This document shows positions 11,552 through 21,267 of a DNA stretch of 64,000 nt, one piece after another. The notes beneath the pieces were generated by a model. That model had not been told where the DNA came from and did not search any database. It saw nothing but the letters and a program-made list of their open reading frames with translations. Within the stretch, counting starts at the first letter, position 1, and each line of letters begins with the position of its first letter. A program made the translations under genes and the position numbers. Source of the stretch: Alphaproteobacteria bacterium (GTDB lineage Bacteria > Pseudomonadota > Alphaproteobacteria > UBA2966); the NCBI GenBank assembly GCA_964291395.2, contig OZ219858.1, positions 1 to 64,000 of the forward strand, in the 5' to 3' direction.

Positions 11552-14549
11552 GCAGGCGCCCTCCCTCGGGGTCGAAGAACACGGGCTCGACCACCCGGGC
11601 CATCACGCGTTTCCCGGGGAGCGGCGCGAACACGGACTCGCCGACGCGCGACCGGCCGGAGCGGATCAGGGCCAGGGCGATCGACCGCCCCACGTTGGCG
11701 CTGTAGTAGCTGGAGGTCACGTGGCCGATCATCTCCATGGGCGGCATCGGGCGGGGCTCGGCCACGATCTGCGCTCCTTCCGGAAGTACTTCCGATTCGT
11801 CCTCTGTCAGCAGGCCGACGAGTTGCTTGCGGTCTTCCCGCGCGGTGTCGGACCGGGACAGGCTGCGCTTGCCGATGAAATCCTTTTTCTTCGACACCAT
11901 GCGTTCGAGACCGAGGTCGATGGGCGTCACCGTTCCGTCCGTTTCCTGCCCCGTGATGATGTAGCCCTTCTCCGCACGCAGCACATGCATGGCCTCGGTG
12001 CCGTAGGGGGTGATCCCGTATTTTTCGCCGGCCGTCATCAGCGCGTTCCACAACGCCATGCCGTAGCGCGCCGCGACATTGATCTCGAAGCTGACTTCGC
12101 CCGAAAAACTGATGCGGAAGACCCGTGCGGGGATCCCGGCCACCCGCCCCTCGGCCATGGCCATGAACGGTAAAGCCTCGGAATCGAGAGGCAGGTCCTC
12201 GGACAGATCATCCATCAGCCGGCGGGCGCCGGGACCGCAGAGTCCGGCGCTGGCCCACTGTTCCGTCACCGAGGTGAGCCGAACGTCGAGTTCGGGCCAC
12301 TCCGTCTGGAGCCATTCCTCCAGCCAGGACATGACCCGCGCCGCGCCGCCCGAAGTGGTCGTCATCAGGTAGTGATGGTCGCCGAGGCGGGTGGTCACGC
12401 CGTCGTCGAAAACCATGCCGTCCTCGCCGCACATCAGGCCGTAGCGTGAGCGCCCGACGGCGAGCGAATCCCACGTGTTCGTATAGACACGATTGAGAAA
12501 CGTCACCGTATCGCGGCCCTGGATATCGATCTTGCCGAGCGTGCTGGCGTCGAGCACGCCGATGGCGTTGCGGGCGGCCAGACATTCCCGGTTCACCGCC
12601 TCCTGCATGCTCTCGCCGGCGCGGGGGTAGTACCAGGGCCGCTTCCACTGGCCCACGTCCTCGAACTTGGCTCCCGCCGCCACGTGCCAGTGGTGCATCG
12701 GGGTCTTACGTACGGGATCGGCGAAATCGCCGACGTCGCGCCCCGCGAGCGCGCCGTAAGTGACCGCCGTGTAGGGCGGTCGGAAGGTGGTGGTGCCGAC
12801 CTCCGGGATGGGTCGTCCCAACACCCCGCTGAGGATCGCGAGGCCCGCCACGTTCGAGGTCTTGCCCTGATCGGTCGCCATGCCGAGCGTCGTATACCGC
12901 TTGAGGTGTTCTACCGACTCGTACCCCTCGCGGGCGGCCAGCGAGATGTCCGCAGCCGTCACGTCGTACTGCAAGTCCACGAAAGCCTTGGCCTCTCCGC
13001 CCCGCTTGAGCGACGGCACGTGGAACAACCGCCGGGCGGGAGCCGGTGAATTCCGCTCCGCTGCCGGCGCCTTGCGGGCGCGCCCGCGCCGCTTGACTCC
13101 GGCATCCCGGGCCGCTCTCGCACCGGCTTCGAACCCGCTCTCCAGGCACGCAGCGAGTTCGAATGATCCCGCGGCGGCACCGGCGGCCCGGGAGGCGAGC
13201 GGCGTCCTCCCCGGCACGAAGCAAGCCCAATCGGAGTCGAAGTCCAGCTTGCCACCCGAATGGCAATGCAGGTGAACGCAGGGGTTCCAGCCGCCCGAAA
13301 CGGCCAGCAGGTCGCAGCCGATCGTACGCGCGGAACCGCCCGTAGGTATGCCCTCATCGTTCAGGATCGAGACGTCGGCGCCCGCCACCTGCCGCCGGCC
13401 CTTCACGTCGACGACGGCAAAGCCGTTCAGAACCTCGATGTCACGCGCCGCTGCCAGAGCCGCGGCGTCGTCTCCGGCCTCCGGCCGGGCATCCACGATC
13501 GCCGCGACCGGCACGCCGCCGTCGGCGAGATCCGCCGCCGCGGCATAACCGCTGTCGTTGTTGGTGAACACGACTGCGCGCTGGCCGGGCCTGACCGCAT
13601 AACGGTTGACGTAGGCGGCCGCCGCCGAGGCAAGCATCACGCCGGGCCGGTCGTTGTTGCGAAACACGATGGGACGCTCGAGCGCGCCGGCGGCGAGCAC
13701 GACCTGCTTGGCCCGCACCTTCCAGAGACGCTGGCGCACCCCGTCCACTCCGGGACCCAGATAATCGGTGCGCCGTTCCAGCAGAGCGACGTGGTTGTGC
13801 TCGTAGTGCCCGAAGGCCGTCGTGCGCGTGAGCACGCGGACGTTCGCCGTGCCCGCGAACTCCTCGCAGGCCGCCGCGAGCCAATCGGCTCCCGGTGCGC
13901 CGTCGACCTGCTGGCGGTTGTTGAGCAACTGGCCGCCGAGCTCGTTCTGCTCGTCCGCAATGATCACCCGCGCTCCGGTTCGTCCGGCTCTGGACGCGGC
14001 AGCGAGGCCCGTCGGCCCGCCTCCAACGACCAGCACGTCGCAGTGGGCGTGCATGTGGTCGTAGGTATCCGGGTCGGGATCCCTCGGCACGCGCCCTAGG
14101 CCAGCGGCGCGGCGGATCATTCCTTCGTAGGCGTGCCACAGCGGCTTCGGCCACATGAACGTCTTGTAGTAGAAGCCCGCCGGCAGCAGCGGCGCGAACA
14201 GGCTGTTGATCGCCAGGAAATCGACGGCGAGGGACGGCCAGGCGTTGACACTGGCCGCGCTCAAGCCATCGTAGAGCTCGACCTGCGTCGCCCGCAGGTT
14301 TGGCACGGTCCGGGGACCGCTCTCCAGCTGAACGATCGCGTTCGGTTCCTCGGCACCGGCCGAGAAGATGCCCCGAAAACGGTGGAGCTTGAAGCTCCGG
14401 CCCACCCGCCGGACGCCGTTCGCCATCAATGCCGAGGCCAAGGTATCGCCCGCGAACCCCTGGTAGCGCGTTCCATCGAACGAAAAGGACAGCGGCCGGG
14501 TGCGGTCGATCCGGCCACCGCTGGCCAGACGCATGCGCTGCGGTCTCAT
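11544..14549 (-). CDS. soxA: sarcosine oxidase alpha subunit
   Basis: GDTLASALMANG, GFYYKTFMWP, KRYTTLGMATDQGK, C-terminal GcvT domain (LRAEKG); ATGA overlap with soxD. Confidence 0.92.
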   Translation of the reverse strand: MRPQRMRLASGGRIDRTRPLSFSFDGTRYQGFAGDTLASALMANGVRRVGRSFKLHRFRGIFSAGAEEPNAIVQLESGPRTVPNLRATQVELYDGLSAASVNAWPSLAVDFLAINSLFAPLLPAGFYYKTFMWPKPLWHAYEGMIRRAAGLGRVPRDPDPDTYDHMHAHCDVLVVGGGPTGLAAASRAGRTGARVIIADEQNELGGQLLNNRQQVDGAPGADWLAAACEEFAGTANVRVLTRTTAFGHYEHNHVALLERRTDYLGPGVDGVRQRLWKVRAKQVVLAAGALERPIVFRNNDRPGVMLASAAAAYVNRYAVRPGQRAVVFTNNDSGYAAAADLADGGVPVAAIVDARPEAGDDAAALAAARDIEVLNGFAVVDVKGRRQVAGADVSILNDEGIPTGGSARTIGCDLLAVSGGWNPCVHLHCHSGGKLDFDSDWACFVPGRTPLASRAAGAAAGSFELAACLESGFEAGARAARDAGVKRRGRARKAPAAERNSPAPARRLFHVPSLKRGGEAKAFVDLQYDVTAADISLAAREGYESVEHLKRYTTLGMATDQGKTSNVAGLAILSGVLGRPIPEVGTTTFRPPYTAVTYGALAGRDVGDFADPVRKTPMHHWHVAAGAKFEDVGQWKRPWYYPRAGESMQEAVNRECLAARNAIGVLDASTLGKIDIQGRDTVTFLNRVYTNTWDSLAVGRSRYGLMCGEDGMVFDDGVTTRLGDHHYLMTTTSGGAARVMSWLEEWLQTEWPELDVRLTSVTEQWASAGLCGPGARRLMDDLSEDLPLDSEALPFMAMAEGRVAGIPARVFRISFSGEVSFEINVAARYGMALWNALMTAGEKYGITPYGTEAMHVLRAEKGYIITGQETDGTVTPIDLGLERMVSKKKDFIGKRSLSRSDTAREDRKQLVGLLTEDESEVLPEGAQIVAEPRPMPPMEMIGHVTSSYYSANVGRSIALALIRSGRSRVGESVFAPLPGKRVMARVVEPVFFDPEGGRLHG

Positions 14550-14830
14550 GACCCTTCCCCGTCCGGACGGGGCTTGCCCATCTCGTACACCGCAAGGATC
14601 TCGTTGGTCGCGGTGTTGCGAAGTACGTTGAACCAGCGCCTGCAGCCGTGCGTGTGCACCCAGCGCTCGGCATGCGGACCCTTCGGATTGGTGCGGTTGA
14701 AAAGGTAATCGGCCCAGGCCTCGTCGGTGAGCGCTTCCGGTTCCGAGGGCCGCGTGATGTGCGCTTCGCCGCCGCAGCTGAATTCGATCTCGTCGCGCGG
14801 CCCACACCAAGGACAGGTGATCAACAACAC
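14546..14830 (-). CDS. soxD: sarcosine oxidase delta subunit
   Basis: MLLITCPWCGPRDEIEF..WVHTHGCRRWFN Zn motif. Confidence 0.92.
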   Translation of the reverse strand: MLLITCPWCGPRDEIEFSCGGEAHITRPSEPEALTDEAWADYLFNRTNPKGPHAERWVHTHGCRRWFNVLRNTATNEILAVYEMGKPRPDGEGS

Positions 14831-14841
14831 GGCCCTGCTCC

Positions 14842-16095
14842 CTAGTGCGCGACGCCCGCCGCGCCGTGCTCGTCGATGAGCTTGCCGGCCGCGAAGCGGT
14901 CCAAAGAAAACGGAGCATTCAACGAATGCGGTTCACCGCGGGCAATTGTATGGGCGAATACCCAGCCCGAGCCGGGTGTGGCCTTGAACCCGCCGGTGCC
15001 CCAACCGCAGTTGATGAACAAGTTCTCGACAGGCGTTTTCCCGATGATCGGGCTGGCGTCGGGGCAGACATCGACGATTCCGCCCCACTGGCGCATCATG
15101 CGAAGCCGGCTGAAGATCGGGAACAACTCCATCGCCGCCGCTACCATATGCTCGATGACGGGAAGGCTGCCCCGTTGGGTATAACCGTTGTGCCCGTCTA
15201 TTCCCGCTCCCATTACGAGCTCTCCGCGATCGGACTGGCTGACGTAGACGTGCACCGTGCCAGACATGACCACTGTGTCGAGGATTGGCTTGATCGGTTC
15301 CGAGACCAAAGCCTGAAGCGGGTGGCTCTCGATGGGCATGCGGAAGCCCGCCATTGCGGCCAGCACGCTGGAGTGACCGGCCACCACGATACCGACCTTG
15401 TCGGCCATGATGGTCCCGCGCGTCGTCTCGATTCCGGTCACACGGCCGCCCTCGCGCAGGATGTCCGTGACCTCGCAGTTCTGGATTATGTCCACGCCTC
15501 GGGCATCGGCGGCCCGCGCGAGGCCCCAGGCGACGGCATCGTGCCGGGCAACACCCCCGCGCCGTTGAAGCGATCCCCCGAGTACCGGGTAGCGCGCGCC
15601 AGGGGAGACGTTGAGGATCGGCACCATCGCCTTGATCTCCTCAGCCGACAGAACCTCCGAATCGATACCGTTGAGCCGGATGGCATTGACCCGCCGCGAT
15701 ATCTCGCGCAGATCATGAAGGTTGTGCGCCAGGTTCAGGACCCCGCGCTGACTCAGCATGATGTTGAAGTTGAGGTCCTGGCTCAGCCCCTCATAGAGCT
15801 GCAGCGCCTTCTCATAGATGCCAGCACTCTCGTCCCACAAGTAGTTGGAGCGGATGATCGTGGTGTTCCGGCCAGTGTTGCCGCCCCCGAGCCATCCCCT
15901 CTCGATCACGGCGATGTCCGTGACGCCATGCTCCTTGGCAAGGTAGTAGGCGGTCGCCAAGCCGTGCCCGCCGCCGCCGATGACGACGACGTGATAGCGC
16001 TCCTTCGGGTCCGGGCTGCGCCAAGCGCGTTGCCAGCCTTCGTGATAGCCGAAGGCGTTTCGTACCAGACTGACGATGGAATAGCGCGCGGCCAT
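14842..16095 (-). CDS. soxB: sarcosine oxidase beta subunit
   Basis: [43 protein letters not shown]-terminal HGAAGVAH; 417 aa. Confidence 0.93.
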   Translation of the reverse strand: MAARYSIVSLVRNAFGYHEGWQRAWRSPDPKERYHVVVIGGGGHGLATAYYLAKEHGVTDIAVIERGWLGGGNTGRNTTIIRSNYLWDESAGIYEKALQLYEGLSQDLNFNIMLSQRGVLNLAHNLHDLREISRRVNAIRLNGIDSEVLSAEEIKAMVPILNVSPGARYPVLGGSLQRRGGVARHDAVAWGLARAADARGVDIIQNCEVTDILREGGRVTGIETTRGTIMADKVGIVVAGHSSVLAAMAGFRMPIESHPLQALVSEPIKPILDTVVMSGTVHVYVSQSDRGELVMGAGIDGHNGYTQRGSLPVIEHMVAAAMELFPIFSRLRMMRQWGGIVDVCPDASPIIGKTPVENLFINCGWGTGGFKATPGSGWVFAHTIARGEPHSLNAPFSLDRFAAGKLIDEHGAAGVAH

Positions 16096-16268
16096 CGCTT
16101 CGAGTCCTCTCCTCCCCATGTCACCAATCAACCCCGAGTTTAGGCACCTCGCTCGGGCCGCGAAAGCCGGGCTCGAACCGCCAACGGCCTCCGCCCCGGT
16201 AGTATCCGCTATCGATCCGTTTTCGGCACGGAGTTACGGCCGAGCGTTCCCGATCGACGGGGTCCGGA

Positions 16269-17195
16269 TCAACGAACTCCAGGGCGTACCAGGCCGCCAC
16301 CGGTGCCGACGATCTCGATATCCGCGTGTTTGCGCAATCCGCCGAGGACTTCGGTGAGAACCTCTCGCGTGATCACCTGTTGGATTTGGGGCATGGCCTC
16401 CTGCATGCTCGGCGTCTCAGCGCGGCGGCGTCCCTCGACGAGAATCACATGCCAGCCGAACTGGGTCTTGACCGGCGCCTTCGAGAACTCGCCCGGCGCC
16501 AGGGCGAAGGCCGCCCTGGAAAACTCGTCGACCATCTGCGCCCGCGAGAAATAGCCGAGATCACCACCGGCCTCCCGTGACGGTCCGATCGACCTCTTGC
16601 GCGCCAGCGTCTGGAAGTCCGCCCCGCCCTCAAGTTCCCGGATGACCGTCCGGGCATCCTCCTCACTCGCCAGCAGGATATGACGGGCCTTGATTTCGTC
16701 GTCGGTCGCCTCGGAAGCGATTTTGTCGTAAGCCCTGCGAATCCGGGCTTCCGACAGCCCTTCCTGAAGCTTGCGCTCGAGGTAGGCCTCCCAGAGCACG
16801 TCGGCCTCCGCGGCCTCGAGACGTCGCTGGATCTCGGGATCGTCCCGAAGACCTTCCTTGCGGGCCGCTTCGACGACGAGAAAGCGGTCGATGGCACGCT
16901 CCACCACCAGCGCAAAGAGCTGTTCCCGAGGCATCCCACTAACTTCAGCGGGAAGTTGCTCGAGCATGCGCAAGACGTCGGACTGGCGAACTTCCTCGCC
17001 GTTCACTCGGGCGATCACCGAGTCCTCCGCCGGCATGGACTGAGGCAATGGCTGCATGCCGGGCGGGGTTTGGGCCCGAACCTCGGCGGAGCCTCCCGGG
17101 AGAGTTGCCACCACGCCCACGCCGATCCAGGCCACAGCTGCCAGCCGGCGCACAAAAATCTCACGCGGCTCACGCGTTCGGGGGAGCAAATTCAC
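16269..17195 (-). CDS. periplasmic parvulin-type peptidyl-prolyl isomerase (PpiC/PrsA-like); start approximate
   Basis: KARHILL, GGDLGYF, PVKTQFGWHVI; signal-like N-terminus. Confidence 0.88.
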   Translation of the reverse strand: MNLLPRTREPREIFVRRLAAVAWIGVGVVATLPGGSAEVRAQTPPGMQPLPQSMPAEDSVIARVNGEEVRQSDVLRMLEQLPAEVSGMPREQLFALVVERAIDRFLVVEAARKEGLRDDPEIQRRLEAAEADVLWEAYLERKLQEGLSEARIRRAYDKIASEATDDEIKARHILLASEEDARTVIRELEGGADFQTLARKRSIGPSREAGGDLGYFSRAQMVDEFSRAAFALAPGEFSKAPVKTQFGWHVILVEGRRRAETPSMQEAMPQIQQVITREVLTEVLGGLRKHADIEIVGTGGGLVRPGVR

Positions 17196-17322
17196 GACGG
17201 TTCCCTTTCCATGGGGTGCCCCCTCACGCTCGCGCCCGCGCGTGGAGCCCACATCACCTGGTCAGCGGGCGGGGTCCCGAGAAGCCGAAGGGACGCCCTT
17301 CCCCAATTTGACGGACGGTAGC

Positions 17323-17763
17323 TCAGATCCCCGGCCGACCGCGCGTCTCGAACACGGTGCCGTCACCGTAGAAGTGCCACGGCTTCGCCGCAATGGCTTC
17401 GATTTCGACCAACCAGTCCTCGGACGCGAGTCCCGAGACAAGGACGAGCGTCGAGGCCGGCCGCGCATCGCCCAGCAGGCTCTCGCGCACGCTCCGCACC
17501 TTGGGGATGTCCTCGCGGTTCACGAGATAGGTGTTGAGCCGCGTGATGTCCTCGAAGTCCATACTGGCGGACCGGAGCGCCTCGCGGATGTTCCTGAGCG
17601 CTGCTTCCGCCTGCGCTTCGACGCCCTCCGCCAGCGATCCGTCCGGGTTGACCCCGACCTGTCCCGATATGAACAGGACGTGGCAATTCTGCATCGACTC
17701 GACCGCGTGGCTATAGGTGCTGAAGGGCGGCGCCACGGTTTCTGGATTGTGAAGCTTGTTCAT
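17323..17763 (-). CDS. RidA/YjgF family protein
   Basis: YSHAV..LFISGQVG..PASTLV..LVEIEAIA; short C-terminal extension. Confidence 0.85.
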   Translation of the reverse strand: MNKLHNPETVAPPFSTYSHAVESMQNCHVLFISGQVGVNPDGSLAEGVEAQAEAALRNIREALRSASMDFEDITRLNTYLVNREDIPKVRSVRESLLGDARPASTLVLVSGLASEDWLVEIEAIAAKPWHFYGDGTVFETRGRPGI

Positions 17764-17824
17764 CGGCTTGTCCTCCGGCGGTTCCTGGTAGGGCGAACAC
17801 CTGCCGATCATATAGGAACCCGTC

Positions 17825-18805
17825 TCAGGGGGAAGCCGACAGAGACACGCAGGCGGCGAGGGTTCGCTCGGCGTCGGCCACGATGCGGGCGACCACATCA
17901 CCGGCGGGCTCGATCGCGTGCACGAGGTCGAGCCCCTGGCCACCCACGACTACGCTTTCCTCCGTATCACCGGACCGCAGCGCCACGTGGAATGCGTCGA
18001 CGGGAGAGTCCGCGCCCTCCGCTATCTCCTGGCGAAGCGCATCCTCGGCGCCGCTCCAGCGGTCGAAGAACCTGTTGCGCACCGCGCGAATCCGATACGG
18101 CACCGGCCAAGGCAGCTCGCGCACGATGTCGAATACGCTGGTGCGTACCGTGTCGTCGCCGCCCGCCGACACCAGGCGGGCCTTCGTATTTTCGTGGCCC
18201 AGCGCCTCGCTCGTAGCGAAGAAGCGGGTACCGATGAGCACGCCCGCCGCGCCCAGGGTCAGTGCGGCCGCCAGCCCGCGGCCATCGGAAATGCCCCCCG
18301 CCGCGACGACCGGCATCGGGGCGACCGCATCGACGACGGCCGGCACCAGCGTCATGGTAGTCCGGGCTCCCCCGTGCCCGCCGGCCTCGGTGCCTTGCGC
18401 GACGATGACATCGGCCCCGGCGCGCGCGGCCGAGCGCGCGTGCTCCAGCGTCTGAACCTGACAGATCACGGGGACGCCGGCCTCCTTGGCGCGGGCGGCG
18501 AAAGGCGCAGGATCGCCGAAGGACAGGAACACCGCTGCCGGCGCGTGCTCAAGCGCCAGATCGAGCAGCTCCGGCCGGTCGGCCAATCGCCAGGTGATGA
18601 ATCCGATGCCGACGCGGGTGTTGCCCGCCGCCCGCAGCTCGCGCTCTATCCAGTTCCGGTCTCCGTAGCCGCCTCCGATCAGGCCGAGGCCTCCGGCCGC
18701 CGTGACGGCCGCCGCCAGCGCGCCGCCCGCCACCGTAGCCATGGGAGCGGAGATGATGGGATGGGTAATGTCGAGAGCCTCCGTGAGCGGAGTCTTCAAG
18801 GGCAT
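17825..18805 (-). CDS. nitronate monooxygenase / 2-nitropropane dioxygenase family flavoprotein
   Basis: PIISAPM, QGTEAGGHG, AAGGISDGRG, IGTRF. Confidence 0.88.
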   Translation of the reverse strand: MPLKTPLTEALDITHPIISAPMATVAGGALAAAVTAAGGLGLIGGGYGDRNWIERELRAAGNTRVGIGFITWRLADRPELLDLALEHAPAAVFLSFGDPAPFAARAKEAGVPVICQVQTLEHARSAARAGADVIVAQGTEAGGHGGARTTMTLVPAVVDAVAPMPVVAAGGISDGRGLAAALTLGAAGVLIGTRFFATSEALGHENTKARLVSAGGDDTVRTSVFDIVRELPWPVPYRIRAVRNRFFDRWSGAEDALRQEIAEGADSPVDAFHVALRSGDTEESVVVGGQGLDLVHAIEPAGDVVARIVADAERTLAACVSLSASP

Positions 18806-19040
18806 GGTGAACCTCCTGCCAGGGATCGGGACGGACCTCAGGCCCGAACCCGATCTCCGTTATATGGAATTCCGGCCTGTCTCTTCCATTCGTTCACGGA
18901 GGAATATCCAGGAATACGGCAACCGGAGCCGGAGCGCCTCTCCGGAACGAACGGTTCGAAGCCCGGGTCCGCCGCGCCGCCGTCGCTCGGCGGATGGACG
19001 CGCCATGGTTGGTTCATCGCCTTCCGGCAAGCTAAATTCG

Positions 19041-19075
19041 TATCGGATCCGGGGTCCGAGCCCGGATCCGACACC
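19041..19075. repeat. short palindromic intergenic repeat, three 12-bp-spaced units
   Basis: ATCGGATCCGGG GTCCGAGCCCGG ATCCGACACC. Confidence 0.6.
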
Positions 19076-19089
19076 AACAAGGAGCGAAC

Positions 19090-21267
19090 ATGCCCTATCG
19101 CATCGGGGTCGACATCGGCGGCACGTTCACTGACTTCGCGCTGTTCGACGAGGCGAGCCGCGCCATGGCCATTCACAAGCGGCTGACGACGCCGGCCGAT
19201 CCCTCGACCGCTGTGCTCGAGGGCATTGCCACCCTGCTCGAGGACCATCGCGTCGCCGTGTCGGATGTCCACGCCGTGGTCCACGGCACGACCCTCGTGA
19301 CCAACGCCGTGATCGAGCGCCGCGGTGCCACGACCGGCATGTTGGCGACCGAAGGCTTCATGGATATCCCCGACATGCGACTCGAGTTGCGCTACGACAT
19401 GTTCGATCTGCGCCTCAAGTACCCGCCCCCGGTGGTTCCGCGATACATGCGCGCCGAAGTACCCGAGCGCATCAGCTACGAAGGAGACGTCCAGACACCC
19501 CTCGACATCGACGACGCCCGAGCCGCCATCCAGGGCCTCATCGACGCGCACGGGATCGAAGCCCTCGCCGTGTGCTTTCTCCACTCCTATCTCGATGCCC
19601 GCCACGAAGACGCGGTCAAGGAACTCTGCACCCGGGAGTTCCCCGACCTCCATGTCTCCACCTCGTCCGAGGTCTTTCCCCAGATGCGCGAGTACGAGCG
19701 CTGGACGACGGCCATGATCAACGCCTACACGCAGCCCATGTTCGACCGCTACCTCCGGCGCCTCGAGCAGGGTCTCGACGACCTCGGCATCACCGGCCGT
19801 TTCTACATGATGACCTCGAACGGCGGCACCGTGACCCCGGATATCGCGCGCCGCTTTCCCGTGCGCATGATGGAATCGGGTCCCGCCGCGGGGGCGCTGA
19901 TGTCCGCGCATCACGGCCGCCTACTCGAGATCCCCGACGTGCTCAGTTTCGACATGGGGGGCACGACGGCCAAGGGCGCCCTGGTTCGCGGCCACGCGCC
20001 GCTCAAGAAGTACGAGATGGAAGTCGCACGGGTGCATGAGTTCAAGAAAGGCTCGGGCCTGCTGGTGAAGGTGCCGGTGATCGACATGATCGAGATCGGG
20101 GCCGGCGGCGGCTCCATCGCGGAAGCCGATGACCGCGGTCTGATCCGGGTGGGGCCGCGCTCCGCCGGCGCGGACCCGGGGCCCGCCTGCTATGGACGGG
20201 GCGGCACCCAGTCCACGCTCACCGATGCCAATGTCGTGCTCGGCTATCTCGACCCCGATTTCTTCCTCGGCGGCGAGATGCATCTCGATAGAGCGGCGGC
20301 CGAATATGCCATCACCGAGCACGTGGCGAAGCCGCTCGGCCTGACGCTGACCCGTGCCGCCTGGGGCATCCACGAGATCATCGACGAGGATGTCGCTCGT
20401 GCCTTCCGCATTCACGCCTCCGAGCGGGGATTTGACTACCGTGGCTGCTCGATGGTGGCCTTCGGCGGCTCCGGCCCGGTCCATGCCGCCGGCGTCGCCC
20501 GCAAGCTCCGCATCCGGCGTGTCGTCTTCCCGCTCGCCGCCGGCGTCATGTCGGCCCTCGGCCTGCTGGTTTCGCCGCTCTCCTTCGAGGTGCTCCGGTC
20601 CAACCTCGTCTTCCTGGACGATTTGAACGACGACTGGGTCGAGCGCTACCTGCGGCTTCCCGTCGACGAGGCTTGCGGATACCTCATCGGGGCCGGCGTG
20701 CCCGAGAGCGACATCGAGATCACGCTCCGGCTCGACATGCGCTACCACGGCCAGGGCTACGAGATCGAGGTGACCTTGCCGACCGATGCCGGACCCGACC
20801 TCGCGGGCGTCGCGGACCTGCGCCCGCGCCTGCAGGAAATGTTCGAGGCCCGCTACGCCGAGATTTTCTCCGAAGTGCTGCTCGAAGAATCCCTCGAGGT
20901 GATGAACTGGAAAGTCGAGGCCACCGGGCCCGAAACGGCGGCAGCGGAAGGGTACGGAATTTCGGGCGCCGGCGAAGGCGGCTCGTCCGCCTCCGGCAAG
21001 GCTTCGGCGGACACGGCCCGCAAGGGGACGCGCCCCGCTTACTTCCCGGAGGCCGGCGACTTCGTCGAGGCTACGGTATATGACCGCATGGCCCTGACGC
21101 CGGGCACCGGGATCTCCGGCCCGGCGCTGATCGAGGAACGTGAATCCACCTGCGTCATCGGCCCCGCCGACACGGCGCGGATCGACGCGCACCATAACCT
21201 CATCGTCGACCTCGCCGCGGGTCCGACCGAAACCCCGGCGGAGACCGGCGAGGCCGTTTCCGCATGA
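19090..21267 (+). CDS. hydantoinase A/oxoprolinase family ATP-binding subunit
   Basis: GVDIGGTFTD, HGTTLVTNA, SGPAAG, DMGGTT, IGAGGGSI, SAGADPGP. Confidence 0.92.
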   Translation: MPYRIGVDIGGTFTDFALFDEASRAMAIHKRLTTPADPSTAVLEGIATLLEDHRVAVSDVHAVVHGTTLVTNAVIERRGATTGMLATEGFMDIPDMRLELRYDMFDLRLKYPPPVVPRYMRAEVPERISYEGDVQTPLDIDDARAAIQGLIDAHGIEALAVCFLHSYLDARHEDAVKELCTREFPDLHVSTSSEVFPQMREYERWTTAMINAYTQPMFDRYLRRLEQGLDDLGITGRFYMMTSNGGTVTPDIARRFPVRMMESGPAAGALMSAHHGRLLEIPDVLSFDMGGTTAKGALVRGHAPLKKYEMEVARVHEFKKGSGLLVKVPVIDMIEIGAGGGSIAEADDRGLIRVGPRSAGADPGPACYGRGGTQSTLTDANVVLGYLDPDFFLGGEMHLDRAAAEYAITEHVAKPLGLTLTRAAWGIHEIIDEDVARAFRIHASERGFDYRGCSMVAFGGSGPVHAAGVARKLRIRRVVFPLAAGVMSALGLLVSPLSFEVLRSNLVFLDDLNDDWVERYLRLPVDEACGYLIGAGVPESDIEITLRLDMRYHGQGYEIEVTLPTDAGPDLAGVADLRPRLQEMFEARYAEIFSEVLLEESLEVMNWKVEATGPETAAAEGYGISGAGEGGSSASGKASADTARKGTRPAYFPEAGDFVEATVYDRMALTPGTGISGPALIEERESTCVIGPADTARIDAHHNLIVDLAAGPTETPAETGEAVSA

